Shown here: one piece after another, positions 32,801-46,099 of the stretch
Layout: the number at the start of each line of letters is the position of its first letter
Position numbering within the stretch: position 1 is the first letter of the stretch
Assembly: GCA_040954595.2 (NCBI GenBank)
Contig: CM082594.2
Coordinates: forward strand, 10,668,276-10,732,275
Direction: 5' to 3'
DNA from: Balanoglossus misakiensis
Lineage: Eukaryota; Animalia; Hemichordata
Length of the DNA: 64,000 nt
Program-made: the position numbers and the translations under genes
Notes under the pieces: model-generated
Seen by the model: the letters and a program-made list of their open reading frames with translations, nothing else
Told to the model about the DNA's origin: nothing
Databases searched by the model: none

Positions 32801-35800
32801 GGATACGGTTTTAAATGACTGATATACACTTCTATGCAGCATCATAAGAGTAAACTTCAATAACATGACAAATGCATGTACTGAAATAAAACTTACAAGC
32901 AGTAGTTGACACTCAACATACCTTCTTCAAGTAAACCAAACATGCCATGTACGCAATCATACACGTATTACAAAAATTCTAAGACATATAAAAAAGGAAG
33001 GGAAACATTCTTACAAAACATTCTCAACTTGGTGGATATCGCCAAAGTCGACTTGGACGTCATCTTGGCCACAAACGTTACCAAAGTATACACAATCACA
33101 ACCGCCACCAAACAGCTCGGAGCTGAGGTTTGTTATCAAGACTCAGTCTCCACTTGAGTGTTTCAAACACAGATATGCAAATTTTATGCAGATCAACCCA
33201 TGATACACCTAATGTATCAACAAAAGTTGCTATTTGCTCTAGGCCATACTAAATTAAAATTCTGTTGAATGGAATCTACTGGTAGACTTTTTTTACCATT
33301 TCAGATTATATGTCAATGTACAATGAAAATGTGGTTTAGGTACAATTTACTAAATTATTGCTGAACGTTTTAAGATCATCGTTTCACTATTAATCAGCTC
33401 ATCAGTTTCAGCTTTTGTACATTTTATTTTCCTTTCCAACAGTAACACTGTCAATATTGGTTTTGAAACCAGGCTTCAAATACCACAGCTTTTGTCTAAA
33501 TGCTAATTGTAATTTTCACAAACTCACCAAAGAGCAATTTGTTGACTTTTCAAAGGCGATTGCCATGACTGAAGGGACGTAAATCGAACCACACACAGTC
33601 AACAGATGGTTTTGGACATTGACAGTCGGAGTGTGGAATTTTCTGGTTATCAACTACTTGGTGCTGAGGTGATCTGTAATTCCTTACATCGACCACACTG
33701 GTAAGTCAAAATTCTGCGATTTCCACAGATGCTAATTTTCAGATGACAGCCTTGGACCAACCCCTCGAATACCCCTCAAAGTTAACCCTCCATCCGTCCT
33801 GCATAAGTGTCTACAGCCAACTAACCCACCAATACAGACATTTAGTATGCCACCCTTGCCCCCTTTTAGTAAAAAAACACTTAATTTCGTCGTATTCTCT
33901 AATTGCTTCGTACATTCCTCCAGGCAAGAATGTAATTACACCAGTCAGATATCGATCATGAGATCAGGTTCTAATGGAGCCACTTAGCCAACACCATATG
34001 CTACAGGTACACAATACCCAACATGTAGTCTAACACACCTACTCAGGTGATGTCATTCTAGATGTATCCCCGGGGCACACAGGACTAATTACAAAGTGTA
34101 GACCCGCTAAGTGGATGTTAATCCGTGGCCATGAAAGAGCAATCAGAGAAAAAAGCTGTTGGGATTCTGGGAATCACTGGAGAGAAAGCTAATTTAATTA
34201 CAGACTGGCAACGCAGGGATTAATCGCAGAGACACAGTCAGTGTAAACACATCAGAGTGCTCGCTGAGTAAATGAGTTTGTGTTGAATGAACGCTGAGGA
34301 ACAGAAATTTCTACATACTGGCTGAGGATATATTGCGTACAGCTGAACCAAACCTAGCTCTTGTTTTCTTAGAGGCTCTTGAAGTACTGGCACTGGACAG
34401 GGATGATGTCTGTGACACTGGTCTCCTGCCTGCTGATGGAGATTTCGGTTTGGTTGCTTTGTCTTGCATATTGCACTCTGTGAATCTGTGGCTTCGTCAA
34501 CTAGAGTGCTGTGGAATTCTGTGGCAGTTGGTTTTGTGTTTAAAGTTTCTGTGTTAGTACTTTTATGTTAGAAGTGATAGGCAAGTTATGCTTGATCACA
34601 AGTTTGAAATCTGTTCCCTGTCATATAGTTCGATTGTCAGCTCTAGCTATATACCTGCATCTGATCCAAGGGTTGAAAGTTTCAACACAAACTTGGCAAG
34701 AGCTTATTCTCCAAGCAAGTATTTACAAGTTACAGTTTGACTTCAAAAGACAGCGCGTGAGATTTCTTTAGCGGTTTCGCAGCCAGGCAAAATAATGAAC
34801 TCTTCTTATCCGAGAGTTGCTATAGTTACTGTCAATATGATGTGTACCTGCGTGCCGATACAGTACTTCTTGCGTTGAAACAAACGATTCTTATAATGCG
34901 TGAGCACATCCAAGAGTTTATTTCTATTCTGTTCAGAACAAACAGCTCTGGATAAACGTTCACAAAAGTTTGACGCTGGATCAACAGGTGGTTTTCCAGT
35001 GGAGTTGCCAGGTGTCGGATTGTTCTCCCAGGTCACATTTTTGTGTTGTTGGTCTTGACAGGGCGGTGGACAAAAGACAACGCTCTTAGTTCGATGATCT
35101 CTCCACAAACACCGGATGACAAAAAATAAACCAACTCGCTTGTTCAGATCTTCTCTAGTACCACACGCACGTCCGTCACACAAAGGACATAATTATCCAG
35201 GACAAACAGTGGGACTCGTCCTCAGAGAAACGCTAATTGCACTTTTCCAGGTGATCACACCCTGACACTTGCCCCGTGGAATTGAAATGTAGATTGACCA
35301 CAGCAACCAATAAACAGTGTCCAGGACTCGACCACTGCACACATAGGGATGTTCAAGTTCAAATCAATGCTTCACAAACATTCTAATTTGTCCTCCTTGA
35401 GGAATTCTAGTCCTCATTTTCATTCTAACGCCCTTTCCAAATAAAGCTTGAATTAATATGTTCATATCTGTGATGAGAGTATAAGTTTAGTTTACTTCTG
35501 TGTATTCATCTCATCCCTTGTTTTTTAATGGTACAGTCCAAACAAATCTAGAGGTACATGTACTTCTTTTGGCCAGAATAAATATTCACATCTGTTAGAC
35601 TACAAATATTTACAAACTGGAAGTTTTTTTCCCCACAGCAACTAGTCATGCTAGTTTTATACACAGGCCCTATGGCCTCATTTACATTTACAATTTTACC
35701 ATTTTAAGAAAATTAAGTTCTCATAAAGAAGTTGTCATTTTTGTGTGAAACAGGCTAAGAATAACATTTGTGTGAGTCACCGAAATTAACAATACTTGTT

Positions 35801-38800
35801 CACATTTCTTATGGCCTGGTCTGTGTACATTTCAGTGACGAAATGAAACGTGTGGTTCGTTGTGAAAAGAACGCAAACATCATGAGGGCAGTCTTGCTTT
35901 GTGTCTTATCAGAGCAAGTGGGCCATGGAAACACTATAACAACAACCGTGGTCGGTCAAGACTGACACTGGTCAAAACCGGCCGTGACGGAGAGAAATTA
36001 ATAAGACGTTATCCAGCCAATATTGGTGGCAATTGACAATGTTTAATTAACTGATAAGACAGTGTGGAGTGTTTGATAATCACTTAGAAGTAGCAATATG
36101 GATCTAATATCTCCTTGTTAATTAAACTGCCCTAAATCCAGACCAACAGACAAGTCAGAACAACAATTGGTTCACATTTATTTAGGTACCAACACGCAAA
36201 AATGTTATGTATGCTTAAATTGGTTATTGGGTATTTTTATCGCCAGTGATTTAATGGTCAAAATGCAACATTATTTACACTGTCAGACAACAGCATTGAT
36301 TTTATTGATCAAATTTTCTGTGGCCTGACACTCCGCCCTCCCCCCACTCACCAAAACACTAGACTGCAACTAACCGTACCGGCACTAATCAGCTGTTTAT
36401 CTTTCAGCCATTTTACGTGACCCACCAGGTCAAAGTTTCTTAGGTACAGGATAAAACAAAACAAATGGACACTGTAAATCATTAGCTCAATGCACAAAAT
36501 CCAGACATGCAAACACTCGAAACTAAATTTATGGCTGAAAACGCCACTTGAGAAAAGGCAAATCAATAAGTTGATGGGCATAAAATGGACACAGTTTTTT
36601 CGCTGATTAGAAGTGTGTACCATGACCACACTAGACAAGCTAGCTATGCATAATGTCTCAGTTTTGGAGTAGATTTGGCTTTTGCGGCACTGCTTCAATT
36701 ATAACAACAATATTTTCAGATGCATATCAGTAAACACATGAGTTGCTACAGACTCAGACTGTTAGATACAAAGTCGTGACAGGGGTCTTTAGGAGGAACT
36801 GTATCATGGTAGTTCCAATCGCCTGGGTTGGGTGATTTTTTAAAGATTTCTCTGTAAACTATAATGCTAAGGACAATGTCAAAGAAATACTTTAAGTGGT
36901 TCCTTCTATACAGAGTACCGGTACTTGAAAACTGGTGTGATTAAATTTTAATGATGTGCACTTCAATGTCATATATGAACTCGACAACGCTGTTACTGGT
37001 ATCATGTACATTCTAGGACCAAATTCCAAGCAAGCAAGATACATGTATATAAAACGAACATAAAATTGACACACCAATACACTTGGGTGAATTTTTAGAA
37101 ACAGCACTACTTTCTTGGCAGTTTTATGAATCTCAAAACACCAACAGAAAGAAAAAGATCAGCCGTTCTTGTTAGATGAGGTCAGTCATGCATACTGGAA
37201 TATGCAGTGCTGACAGACAAAAATGTACACCTACTCAGAAAGATTTTAATCAGCCACTGACGACAACCACACCAGAAAATGACCGGCAACTAAACAAACA
37301 CTGAACTGATAATGAACTATATAAAGTCATCACCTTCACTTTGGTGGCCAGAGTCGGCCGTGCTCGCACTCCTCCGGACAGCGTCCACCCCCGTACTCGA
37401 GCCTCTCCGAACTGCTTTCTCCATCGGCTCAATCGAGATCAGGTCCAACGACGACAGCTTGTTGCTAACTAGCCCCTCTCGGCAGAATAATTGACTGCCA
37501 GCACTCAATTGCCAAACAGTAAAATATAGACTCAACACCTCATGATCCCATGCACTGTGACACCTGGGTTAAAATTCTTTTGCTGAGTACCAAGTACTGT
37601 GACACTATCAATTAGAGGTGTCAACCCCCTTTTTATCCAGTCGGACTTAAACATTTAGCAGTTGCCATGGAGACTTGGCACTGCCGCACTCCTTAAACAA
37701 AGCTGCCCTAACCCAGTCCCAAATGGTAAAAAAAAATATCCATAAGACCAAGGAATGTCACAAACATGTCAATAGACGCGCTCTGTTTGTATTTAATCCC
37801 ATCCACTGCATTTCTAAAGTATCCTTTTGCTATTTACTAGAGCAGCAATAATACGAGAACTCAATCGTGGGAGCGCATATCTGACTAATTAGCAGGGCAC
37901 TTGCTCTCAACACAGACCAAAGCACCAGTTGTGAGTATGAAAAGACACTATATACCTAGGTATGATACCTTTGTGTATTTGTGTCGCGGTAAACACTGCA
38001 TTGTATGGCTTTCCACTGATTGTCATTCGTCTCACTGTATTTTTTTTTCCACTTGCATGGTTGCAATTACGCCGTCATGCAGGTTGCACATAATGGTCTT
38101 AATGCTTCTTGGCTGGAGATGATGTTTACATTGAAAAGGGTCTCGTTTCAGAGTACGTGGCTGGGAACAAGTGAAGCAGAAATCTGCTTGAAGTGGCCTT
38201 TTTATTAGAAGGTGATGTGATTAATTTGAATACTTGTCAAGCTGCACTGTACAGCCTAGCTATTGATCTGACAGGTTTTTTGTGCATATGTGTGTGTGTT
38301 GTAATCACTTCGTCAATAGCAACAGGTGGCATGTCCTCAAATGAAGATTGGATTGATAGCGCTTGGAAAAACAAAGGAAGGTTCATATGTTGTCACTGAT
38401 GGTGCTGCACGTATAACGCGGCTCAAACCAATGTGATTCCCAGTCACCATGGAAACTGGTGTCAATTTCTCTGAAACGTGACAAATTTCTGTTTAATATT
38501 CTGTTTCCATGTAACAATGAAATGACTTTCCCAAAGACATTTTTTATTCATGACCATAATTATGAAAAGGCTATCGGAGGTCTCTATGCACATCAGTTTC
38601 TTAAAACATAATGAAAATTTGAAGACCTTTGGTCAACAAAGAAGATACCTCAGGGTGAACTACAACCTGCCTGAGTTGATCGAATTCTATGATATTCAAA
38701 TAATACCTTGTGTGCAGTGGATACATCTAACATCTTGTGAGCACGCTTGACTAACTCTGAATTATATGAAACATACATCCAGACTTAATACTATCAGGAG

Positions 38801-41800
38801 AAACTGAATTGAAGTATAGCAAGTGACAGGAATAAGAATCAGCTCACTCAAGCATTGAAAAGGATTTGGCGAAAAGAAAACCAAAAGATATACATGTAAC
38901 TGTACATACATTGTAAATATGACAAGATAATACTAATTAAAATTCCTGTCATGGCAACCTGTCAAATCAATACCCAGCCAGCAATATTGACAAAAGAATT
39001 AACGCGCAGAAAATAAATTGCATGTACTCATCTCTCATCTATGAAAGGAAGTGACACCATGTCAAAGCTGCCAGGGAAAACATTCGATCCGCGACAGTAA
39101 TGGGAGAACTGAATGGAAAGGAAGCAGGTAATTCTGAGACCTGTCGGGATAGTTAGGGATTAACAACAGACAGGAAGCTCTATGTGATGGGGACGAAGAT
39201 GTCAATTTATACAAATCGGGAAATAATCAGTGTGTGAGTAATTGTCACCACACTGATCCATGAAATATACATACGAAGCAGAGTGATTCCACGGAGCTTC
39301 TTCCAGGGGGCAGAGCCACGACCACTGCCCGGACTTCGCGGCGAAAGCGACAACCGCCTACTGGAGCTTGATCTCCTCTGTAATTGGGCGCGGGATGGCT
39401 GTCTGAGTATCAGTTTGGCAGGCGCCTTCTTCTCGGTCGATTTCTGACTTGCTGTGTTGTCTTTCTTGCCGAGGGCTGCCTTGTCAACGCCATCACTACC
39501 CGGGACCTGCAACAGAGCTTTCTGCATCGTCGGCTGATTTCAGAACATCACAGTTTTGATCAATACAACAGATGAGTTTTGTCTTTTTTCTTCAATGACT
39601 CCTTGCAAAAATCCAGAACGGTAGACAGGCAGATGATCCACACCACTCAATTCTGCTCATCACAACTTTTTCTCCGGATCATCACCTCTGAAGCATCTTC
39701 TAAATATTTGCTTCAAGTACCGACATGTTGCTAGGCAACCCTTCATTTAATTCTTCTGCCTGTGGGATTCTCAACTGGCGGGGGAATCTTCCAAGTAAAC
39801 AGTTCATCAATGTTGTGAGCTGAGACTCAGTTATAACAAGCTATTGCTCGTTATCGATATCGATTGTTGAAATCCTGTCTTCTCGCGACTCCAGCACTCT
39901 CATCCGACGGACGCACACAACGTTAATGGGGGAACTTCACTATGTACTTCAAGAGTGACAGGAGCAATTCTAAAATCCCGCTGGATGTCGTATCCGTGAC
40001 AGCCTACTAAGAGTGCACCAATGGTGAAATTGACACTGAATTGCGAGGCAGACTGAATATGGACAACAATCTGATGAAGAAAGGTCCACAAAATGATGCA
40101 GACACACCGGTAATTATACCACAATACTTCAATTATGATCCACCATCAACGAAAGTTGATCCAAGATCGGAAAATCTGCTCAGCATTCTCATCGACACTC
40201 AAGCTCGCTTTCATCTCCGAATTCGGCAATTGACAGACTTCTGCAGGCTCAGATGCCCTTTCAAAGAGATGATTTTCATGCATATTCCTCCCTAATAACA
40301 ACAGGTTCAGGGTGATTCCATCGTGAGATATTTTAAGGGGTGGCAGCATGATTGCTTGCTCACCTGTGAAGATCAGTGAAGCTTATACAAAACATGATGA
40401 ATGCCCAAGCAGAATGAATTTGTTCCACTCCATTGACTTCTGGGTCTCAAGAGAAATAATGTGTAAAACACAAAATTATGGGCTGTAGTCTCCTGAGAAC
40501 TACATTACCTTATAAAAACGATGAATAATAATAATGAAGACAATCATAGAAAATAACCAGGCTGATTGCTAATTAATCTTAGGATAACACACACATGTTA
40601 CTATGGTAACAGTGTCATCAATAACCACAGAACTTTGTATCGTTCATGGAAACAAATGTGCAGTATTAACATCTGTGAAAGGCAAATAAATTGGAATTAT
40701 TTTTCACACTTAAATTTGAATATACAACAGGTATTATCATTTGCATCGATGTGACTCTTCCATCACAACTAAAATCATCAATTCTGTGCTTGTAAACCAT
40801 AAATGTTACATGACCTTAAAAGGAAATTGATTGGGAAACGGTAATTTGTTCTACAAATCATTGAGTGGGACTTTTTTTACACTGTGGAGAATTTAGTAGG
40901 TGTACACAATCATGTACTTCAGCAAAGAAGTGGTGATAGTAATATATAGGGCATTCACGCTATGATGTATCGGTTTCAGTGTTGTGTTGTTTGCAATGGT
41001 ACAAGCTGAAAAGGATTACACCTAGTGATACTCAATCAATGCAAATTGTTGTACACTTGTGCTGGTACATACAATGTACATGTGCTGGTATAATTAGCAT
41101 GATTTCTATGAATGCACACTGGCGATTAATGAGTATAAACCATGACTGAAATGTATACATGCACCTTAAGTATCTTCCTGCACCCAATTTTATCATTATT
41201 ATACAGTTTTGTGAGAATAATTCCTGGCAAAAACTTCCTTTACAGAGCTTCTTGCTAGAATGGTGACAATGGTTCAGATAAGAATGTAGATATCCCATGA
41301 AGATAAATTGGATGTTACCATGGAAACTGGACGACCCGAGGCATCATAAAATAATATTCCATTGACGGCTGGATGAGATAAGCTATGGCTCAGAACTGAT
41401 GAATTGAGATGACTTGAAGAAGAATAACATGTCTCAGGTAAATCCAGTGAACTTTCCAACGAAAAATCCCATTATCAGTCACCTAAAGCCTATTCATAAT
41501 TTTTCAATGTCAGATTTTATATTTCTATCACATAAAGTTACATTATTTATGAAATCATTTTTTTACCCAGGGTTTGAAATGTGTTATAGATCCTGTGGTG
41601 TCTGACAGACTTTAATGTAATATTTGAAAAAGATCAGCTTTTAACAGCTCACAGTACCTGGAGGGCTTCCTGCATAGACTGAATCACATGAAATACATAA
41701 CCCATATTTAAATGCAGTGAACGTCCACACAATAATTCAAAGGCTACGAGTGATGTGGTGTGTAAATTTACTCATAGTCTATAATTGATCTTGGTTGATG

Positions 41801-44800
41801 ATTGCAACGGGGTGCAATTTTGCACGCCACGGTGATTTTGATCGAGTTCTGAAATTAATCATCAACTGTAACGGATATGGTCAGTGTGATGAACAATGAC
41901 ATTAAATTGCCTGAGAGAAAATAAATGTAACACGCTGAACAATGCAAAATTCTACTGAAGGTACAGAGATCCTCGTAAGCCATTTAATGTTTGATTTTAG
42001 TGCTCAGGGGGAAAATACAAATGTGTTAGTTGATTATTTTTTGCAAATCTGTTGCAAATTTTTATAAATATTCACCTCAAGGGGGCGCTGTCAATAGCTA
42101 AATCTTCAACCAAGAATTACAGACTTTCATGTGCAGACCAGTCCAGTAAATGTTCATCCAACCATTTAGTTCAAAGCTAATACCATTGTGAAACTGACAG
42201 CCTAACCATACATGTTATATGAAGCTTTCCAATTAACTGAAACTAACACACTGTGTCACGTTGAGCCCTCATCCAAACATGCAACGTTGCAAATAACCCA
42301 ATATTATGTCAAAGTTGTGCTTTATAAAGATTTATCTGTTTGCTGGCTCACTTCACTCGACAGTGGTAGGATTAAAAAACACCTGATTCTGATGACTTCG
42401 ATGACTGCATCTGATAAAATCTGACACCCCACACCCACATTTATAACACTCCACCATTGTTTTATACATCATCTGATCTACCAGCAATCTGCTAGAGTCT
42501 CTAGATTACTTTAACAATCTGCAACTGCAAACTATAATGCAGTTTTCTCTTCCAAATTTTCAGAAAGATATAAATTTCTGCAGTTTTTGTTTTGTCAGAA
42601 TTACAAAACAAGTGTAATAGAGGTCGCTGATAACAGCGACACTCGTACCTTCTCAATGGTCACATTTCCACGGCAACTGATATGGCCACTGACATTCCAT
42701 TGTGCCACCAGGCAGATTATCGATTATTTGAACACATATACATGTAACACAACTGATTGCGAAGTATGCATTTCAGTCCTGCAACTGTAAATGCTGGTTA
42801 TACACAACTCATTCTGAAAAGCTGGATACATGTACTTGGGACTTTAATGTTCTTGGGTGTACAGTGAATTCATTAATAAAATGTGCTTATAATTATGGAG
42901 ACTACATTATTTCAGTTCTCTTAATTAATTTATTTTTACTTGTTATCAAAACATCAATGCATATATATGAACTCCATTTCATGCAGCTCAGTTTCAGCCA
43001 GGTGATGTTTGTTGAGACTTTGTTTACGTGCTTCAATCACTCTGGGCCCAGTCACTCGAACAGTTTATTCAAGTTTCTCAGCACACAATTATCGGTAAAT
43101 TTATTTTCACCACGTTTGACAAGTCCTTATTGTGTAGGTTGCTGGTGTGTACATGTAAATGTTGACACACCTCAGTGTGTTGTTTTCACTCAAAATTAAT
43201 AGGTCTCTCCTCCTTATTGACCTTGCTTTAGATCATCTAAGGAAGTTTAATACCCCTGTATTTTTGACTGTCACCTTTCAAATTCTGATAATGGAAATAA
43301 TTGTCTCAACTGATATTTAAATTGTTCACGCAAACCAGAAAAATCTTCAATAATTAAAAACAAAATATGCCTGTTGTGCTAGGCAACCTGAAAAGTTGGT
43401 GGTTAACTACTGCACATGATTCAGACAGAAAATTACGTAAAAACTAGACTGCACAAAGCTCTGATAATTAAAGTCACAATTTACGTATCCCAGGACAACG
43501 CACAGAAAGCCACCCCCAAAACACTCTGCAATTCTCCTGACTTGATAGTGTGCTAAAAGCAATGTCAATATGGCAAGCCTAAGTTACATAAAGAAAGGCA
43601 ATTTTCAAGAGGCAGATTCATTAAGCTGAGACCTAAAGCTCACCTCCTTAAAAAGTGTGTTTACAGTTAAAACCCATAAACTCCCGCCCACCCATTCTGA
43701 AGTCAAACTTTTAGCTACTTCAGAAGCCGAGAAAATAGAGCATTTTTTTGACGGATTTGAACTTATTGGTAGCTTTGAAAAGCCACTGTGATATAACATG
43801 TGTTTCAAATCACTAAAATTAACTAGTAAGTAAATATAAACAACTTACTGGTCTGGTTTTGAGTTTTGGCAGCCTCACTTTGTATAACACTGGAGGATTT
43901 CATTTTAGGTGTAGACATACTACGACTAAACCACAGACCCAGACCTTATATTGCCGCGGTTGCAAACGGTTCAGTGTTTTCATGAAAAGTAACTCATAGC
44001 AACCAACGGGGGTCTCCATATCACCCTAACAACTAGGTTTTTTTTTTTGCAGAAGCCTGTGTTACTCACACTCCACAAACTTTGAAGACGTCACGGTTCA
44101 GAAGAAAAGACTATTCTAGCATTACGGTGCGACTGGTGTTTCAATGTCTCAGTTACACCCACAAAGTGCAGGATTGGATGTGTTTTCTAGTCTTTACAAA
44201 TTAGTGTTATTTCAGTATTCTGCTGCAATGTAACCACAGTGGACTTCGATCGGAGAGAGGATTTGCTCAAATGTTTGGTACAAAATTTGTGTTGCTACGA
44301 CCAACATACCAATTTCAGTCATGGATCAGTATTTCAGGTATCTGTATTAATTATCTGTGTGGTTACACTGATAGCAGGGATTCAATTTGGGAGTCATAAG
44401 TGGATTATTTTAGTTTACCTTCTGATATCGCGACTAAAGCCACCGTCCCTCTCCGTTTCTTGTTCAGCTCCTTCAACTTAGAGTCCCTGTGCGGAAAGAG
44501 GGATCCCCGGCGACGATTCACATCCATGCCTCCTCCTCCCGACAACCCCGGAGTCAGCCGGAAAAATGAGGTACGTAACTGGTGTTTTGTCGCTAGTAGT
44601 GAGGCTGTTTGCTCTCCATGAATAGGAGAGCTACCTATCGGCAATGTTTGCCAAACAGTTCTACAGGCTTTTTCTGTACTTCACATCCTTTTGTCCATAA
44701 ATCATTTACTCAGACCCCTGCCCCTTCAATACCTAGCTCCGCTTCATTGCCAGATGCTACACACTTGCAAACTTCCCTGCATGATAGTCACACATATTTG

Positions 44801-46040
44801 TTACTATGGAAACCTCAGAACTTTGATCTTTTTGATATTAATAGCTGCCTTTCAAATAAACACTCAAAAATTCAGACCTTGTATTACAGTCATTAATCTA
44901 AAGCATCTCATTTCAAATTTACATTAAAGATGTTTCCACACTACAGCAAGTGAAGATAATGCATTCTTAGAAGCTGACAAAAACAACATAGGTGAGTAGT
45001 CAACTAAAACTTGAATTATGATACTTCAAATGCTTGTAACTTCAAAAGGTCATAGGTTTATGAACCGATGAACAATGTGTTTTATTGTACATGTACATTG
45101 TTCCTGATTGGAATGTTCACTTCTTGGATGTCCATGGAATTCACACCTGTTTAATTATGATCATTTTTACATCTACTCACACTGTATTTACTCAATGTCA
45201 CATCTTTCGATACACATACATGTACTTATATGTAGTCATTGTAGTGTACACTATGTAGTGGGACACAGTTACCTCCTGGAAATTTACCATCTGGACACTT
45301 CCCAGCTACAAGTCAGAGCTAGAGTAAGGGATAGTGTTGGGGTAAAAGTCCATGGGGGTAACTCTGTCAGAGAGTCCCTTGATTGAGGACTGTAATACTG
45401 GTAGCACTCTGTTTGCTATTGCCATCAGATGGGTGGGAAAGATGGGTCTCTGCCACATGGTGGTAGATAAGATACGTGATCTTGGTTTCAAGTTTAGTGT
45501 GGGTGGGCGGGGCAGTCTCCTTGTTGGTATCTCTGTGCAACCGGTCTTGTCGACACAGGTAGTCTGAGATACGAATTTGTTGCCACGTTGCAACCAATTG
45601 ATCGTGATCCGGAGACGGTTGAATTCATCAAAACACAATTTATGTACGGGGTTAAGCAAGGTCGCAAAGTGCAAACAGAATCCGTTTCACACAGGATTAA
45701 CATTCTGGTGTTGGGAGGGAAGGGAGACTACGATCAGTGATACTGGGAAACATTTTGAGATGGCCCTCCCCTGAAAATTAAATACGACGGATAACACTAC
45801 TTCTGTTGGGCGAGTAGGTGGGAAATGATAGTGGAAATCAGTGGTACATCAGTATTATTTCGGACTTTGTAAGCAAACACTGTACGATTTCAAATCTGTG
45901 CCTGAAATCGAATGATGGAATCTTGATTGTCAGAACGAGAGATAACTTCAGGGCTACGTGTTTGAGATCATATCTCAGTACTAACCGGTGGATTTGGGCC
46001 GATCTTTCTTTGAGGGCTTGCTGCTTAGCTTGGTACTCAT
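23875..46040 (-). CDS. MYCBPAP: MYCBP-associated protein (ciliary/flagellar central apparatus); likely ancestral first exon 45986-46040 spliced to common exon 32285-32448
   Basis: Motifs VIDGEDIQALAID, ITIAKPAPPDAPLKQPDY, QKPVEQLVMNQSEEYRKIQEERYLIDRSIP, EFWKQVEKIGDDLTGVQMTL, LVNDGTTTIYYDWK and FYFNTSSGVLLPGDGLKFPFVFKSPNAGIFSETWQL. Last exon 23875-23973, polyA signal at 23823-23828. Confidence 0.9.
33015..33063 (-). CDS. MYCBPAP: MYCBPAP candidate alternative first exon (MTSKSTLAISTKLRMF)
   Basis: caagATG start, 49 nt (3n+1), donor T|gtaaga; in frame with the exon starting at 32448. Confidence 0.65.
34319..34469 (-). CDS. MYCBPAP: MYCBPAP candidate alternative first exon (MQDKATKPKSPSAGRRPVSQ...RARFGSAVRNISSA)
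   Basis: 151 nt (3n+1), donor A|gtatgt, X-box at 34816. Confidence 0.72.
37334..37424 (-). CDS. MYCBPAP: MYCBPAP candidate alternative first exon (MEKAVRRGSSTGVDAVRRSASTADSGHQSE)
   Basis: 91 nt (3n+1), donor AAG|gtgatg, locally GC-rich, X-box at 37661. Confidence 0.68.
39275..39527 (-). CDS. MYCBPAP: MYCBPAP candidate alternative first exon (MQKALLQVPGS...RRSSSSRRLSLSPRSPGSGRGSAPWKKLRGITLL)
   Basis: 253 nt (3n+1), donor C|gtatgt, GC-rich coding-like composition, X-box at 39727. Confidence 0.75.
43849..43903 (-). CDS. MYCBPAP: MYCBPAP candidate alternative first exon (MKSSSVIQSEAAKTQNQT)
   Basis: aaaATG start, 55 nt (3n+1), consensus donor A|gtaagt, X-box at 43989. Confidence 0.65.
44419..44527 (-). 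CDS. MYCBPAP: MYCBPAP candidate alternative first exon (MDVNRRRGSLFPHRDSKLKELNKKRRGTVALVAISE)
   Basis: 109 nt (3n+1), donor AAG|gtaaac, X-box at 44800. Confidence 0.72.
45986..46040 (-). CDS. MYCBPAP: MYCBPAP first exon at the shared CpG promoter (MSTKLSSKPSKKDRPKST)
   Basis: accATG start, 55 nt (3n+1), donor G|gttagt; directly downstream of a YY1-like CAAGATGGCG and the CpG-rich promoter. Confidence 0.75.
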
Positions 46041-46099
46041 GGTGTGGAAGTAACGTCTTGAAGAAGCTCAGAACTTGGAGATCTGTTCTGTAAACAACA

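Larger units (their letters stand above)
34816..44813. promoter_or_regulatory. Series of RFX X-box motifs
   Basis: GTTGCTATAGTTAC 34816, GTTGCCATGGAGAC 37661, GTCACCATGGAAAC 38443, GTTGCTAGGCAAC 39727, GTTACTATGGTAAC 40597, GTTACCATGGAAAC 41314, GTAACTCATAGCAAC 43989, GTTACTATGGAAAC 44800. These match the X-box consensus of ciliary gene promoters. Confidence 0.75.

Noticed and set aside
33528-33566. ATG-initiated segment MAIAFEKSTNCSL with a gtgagt donor
   Set aside because: It ends in phase 0 and so does not fit the MYCBPAP common exon; it may be a UTR exon. Similar non-phase-1 donors at ~32897, ~41659 and ~45273 were also excluded.
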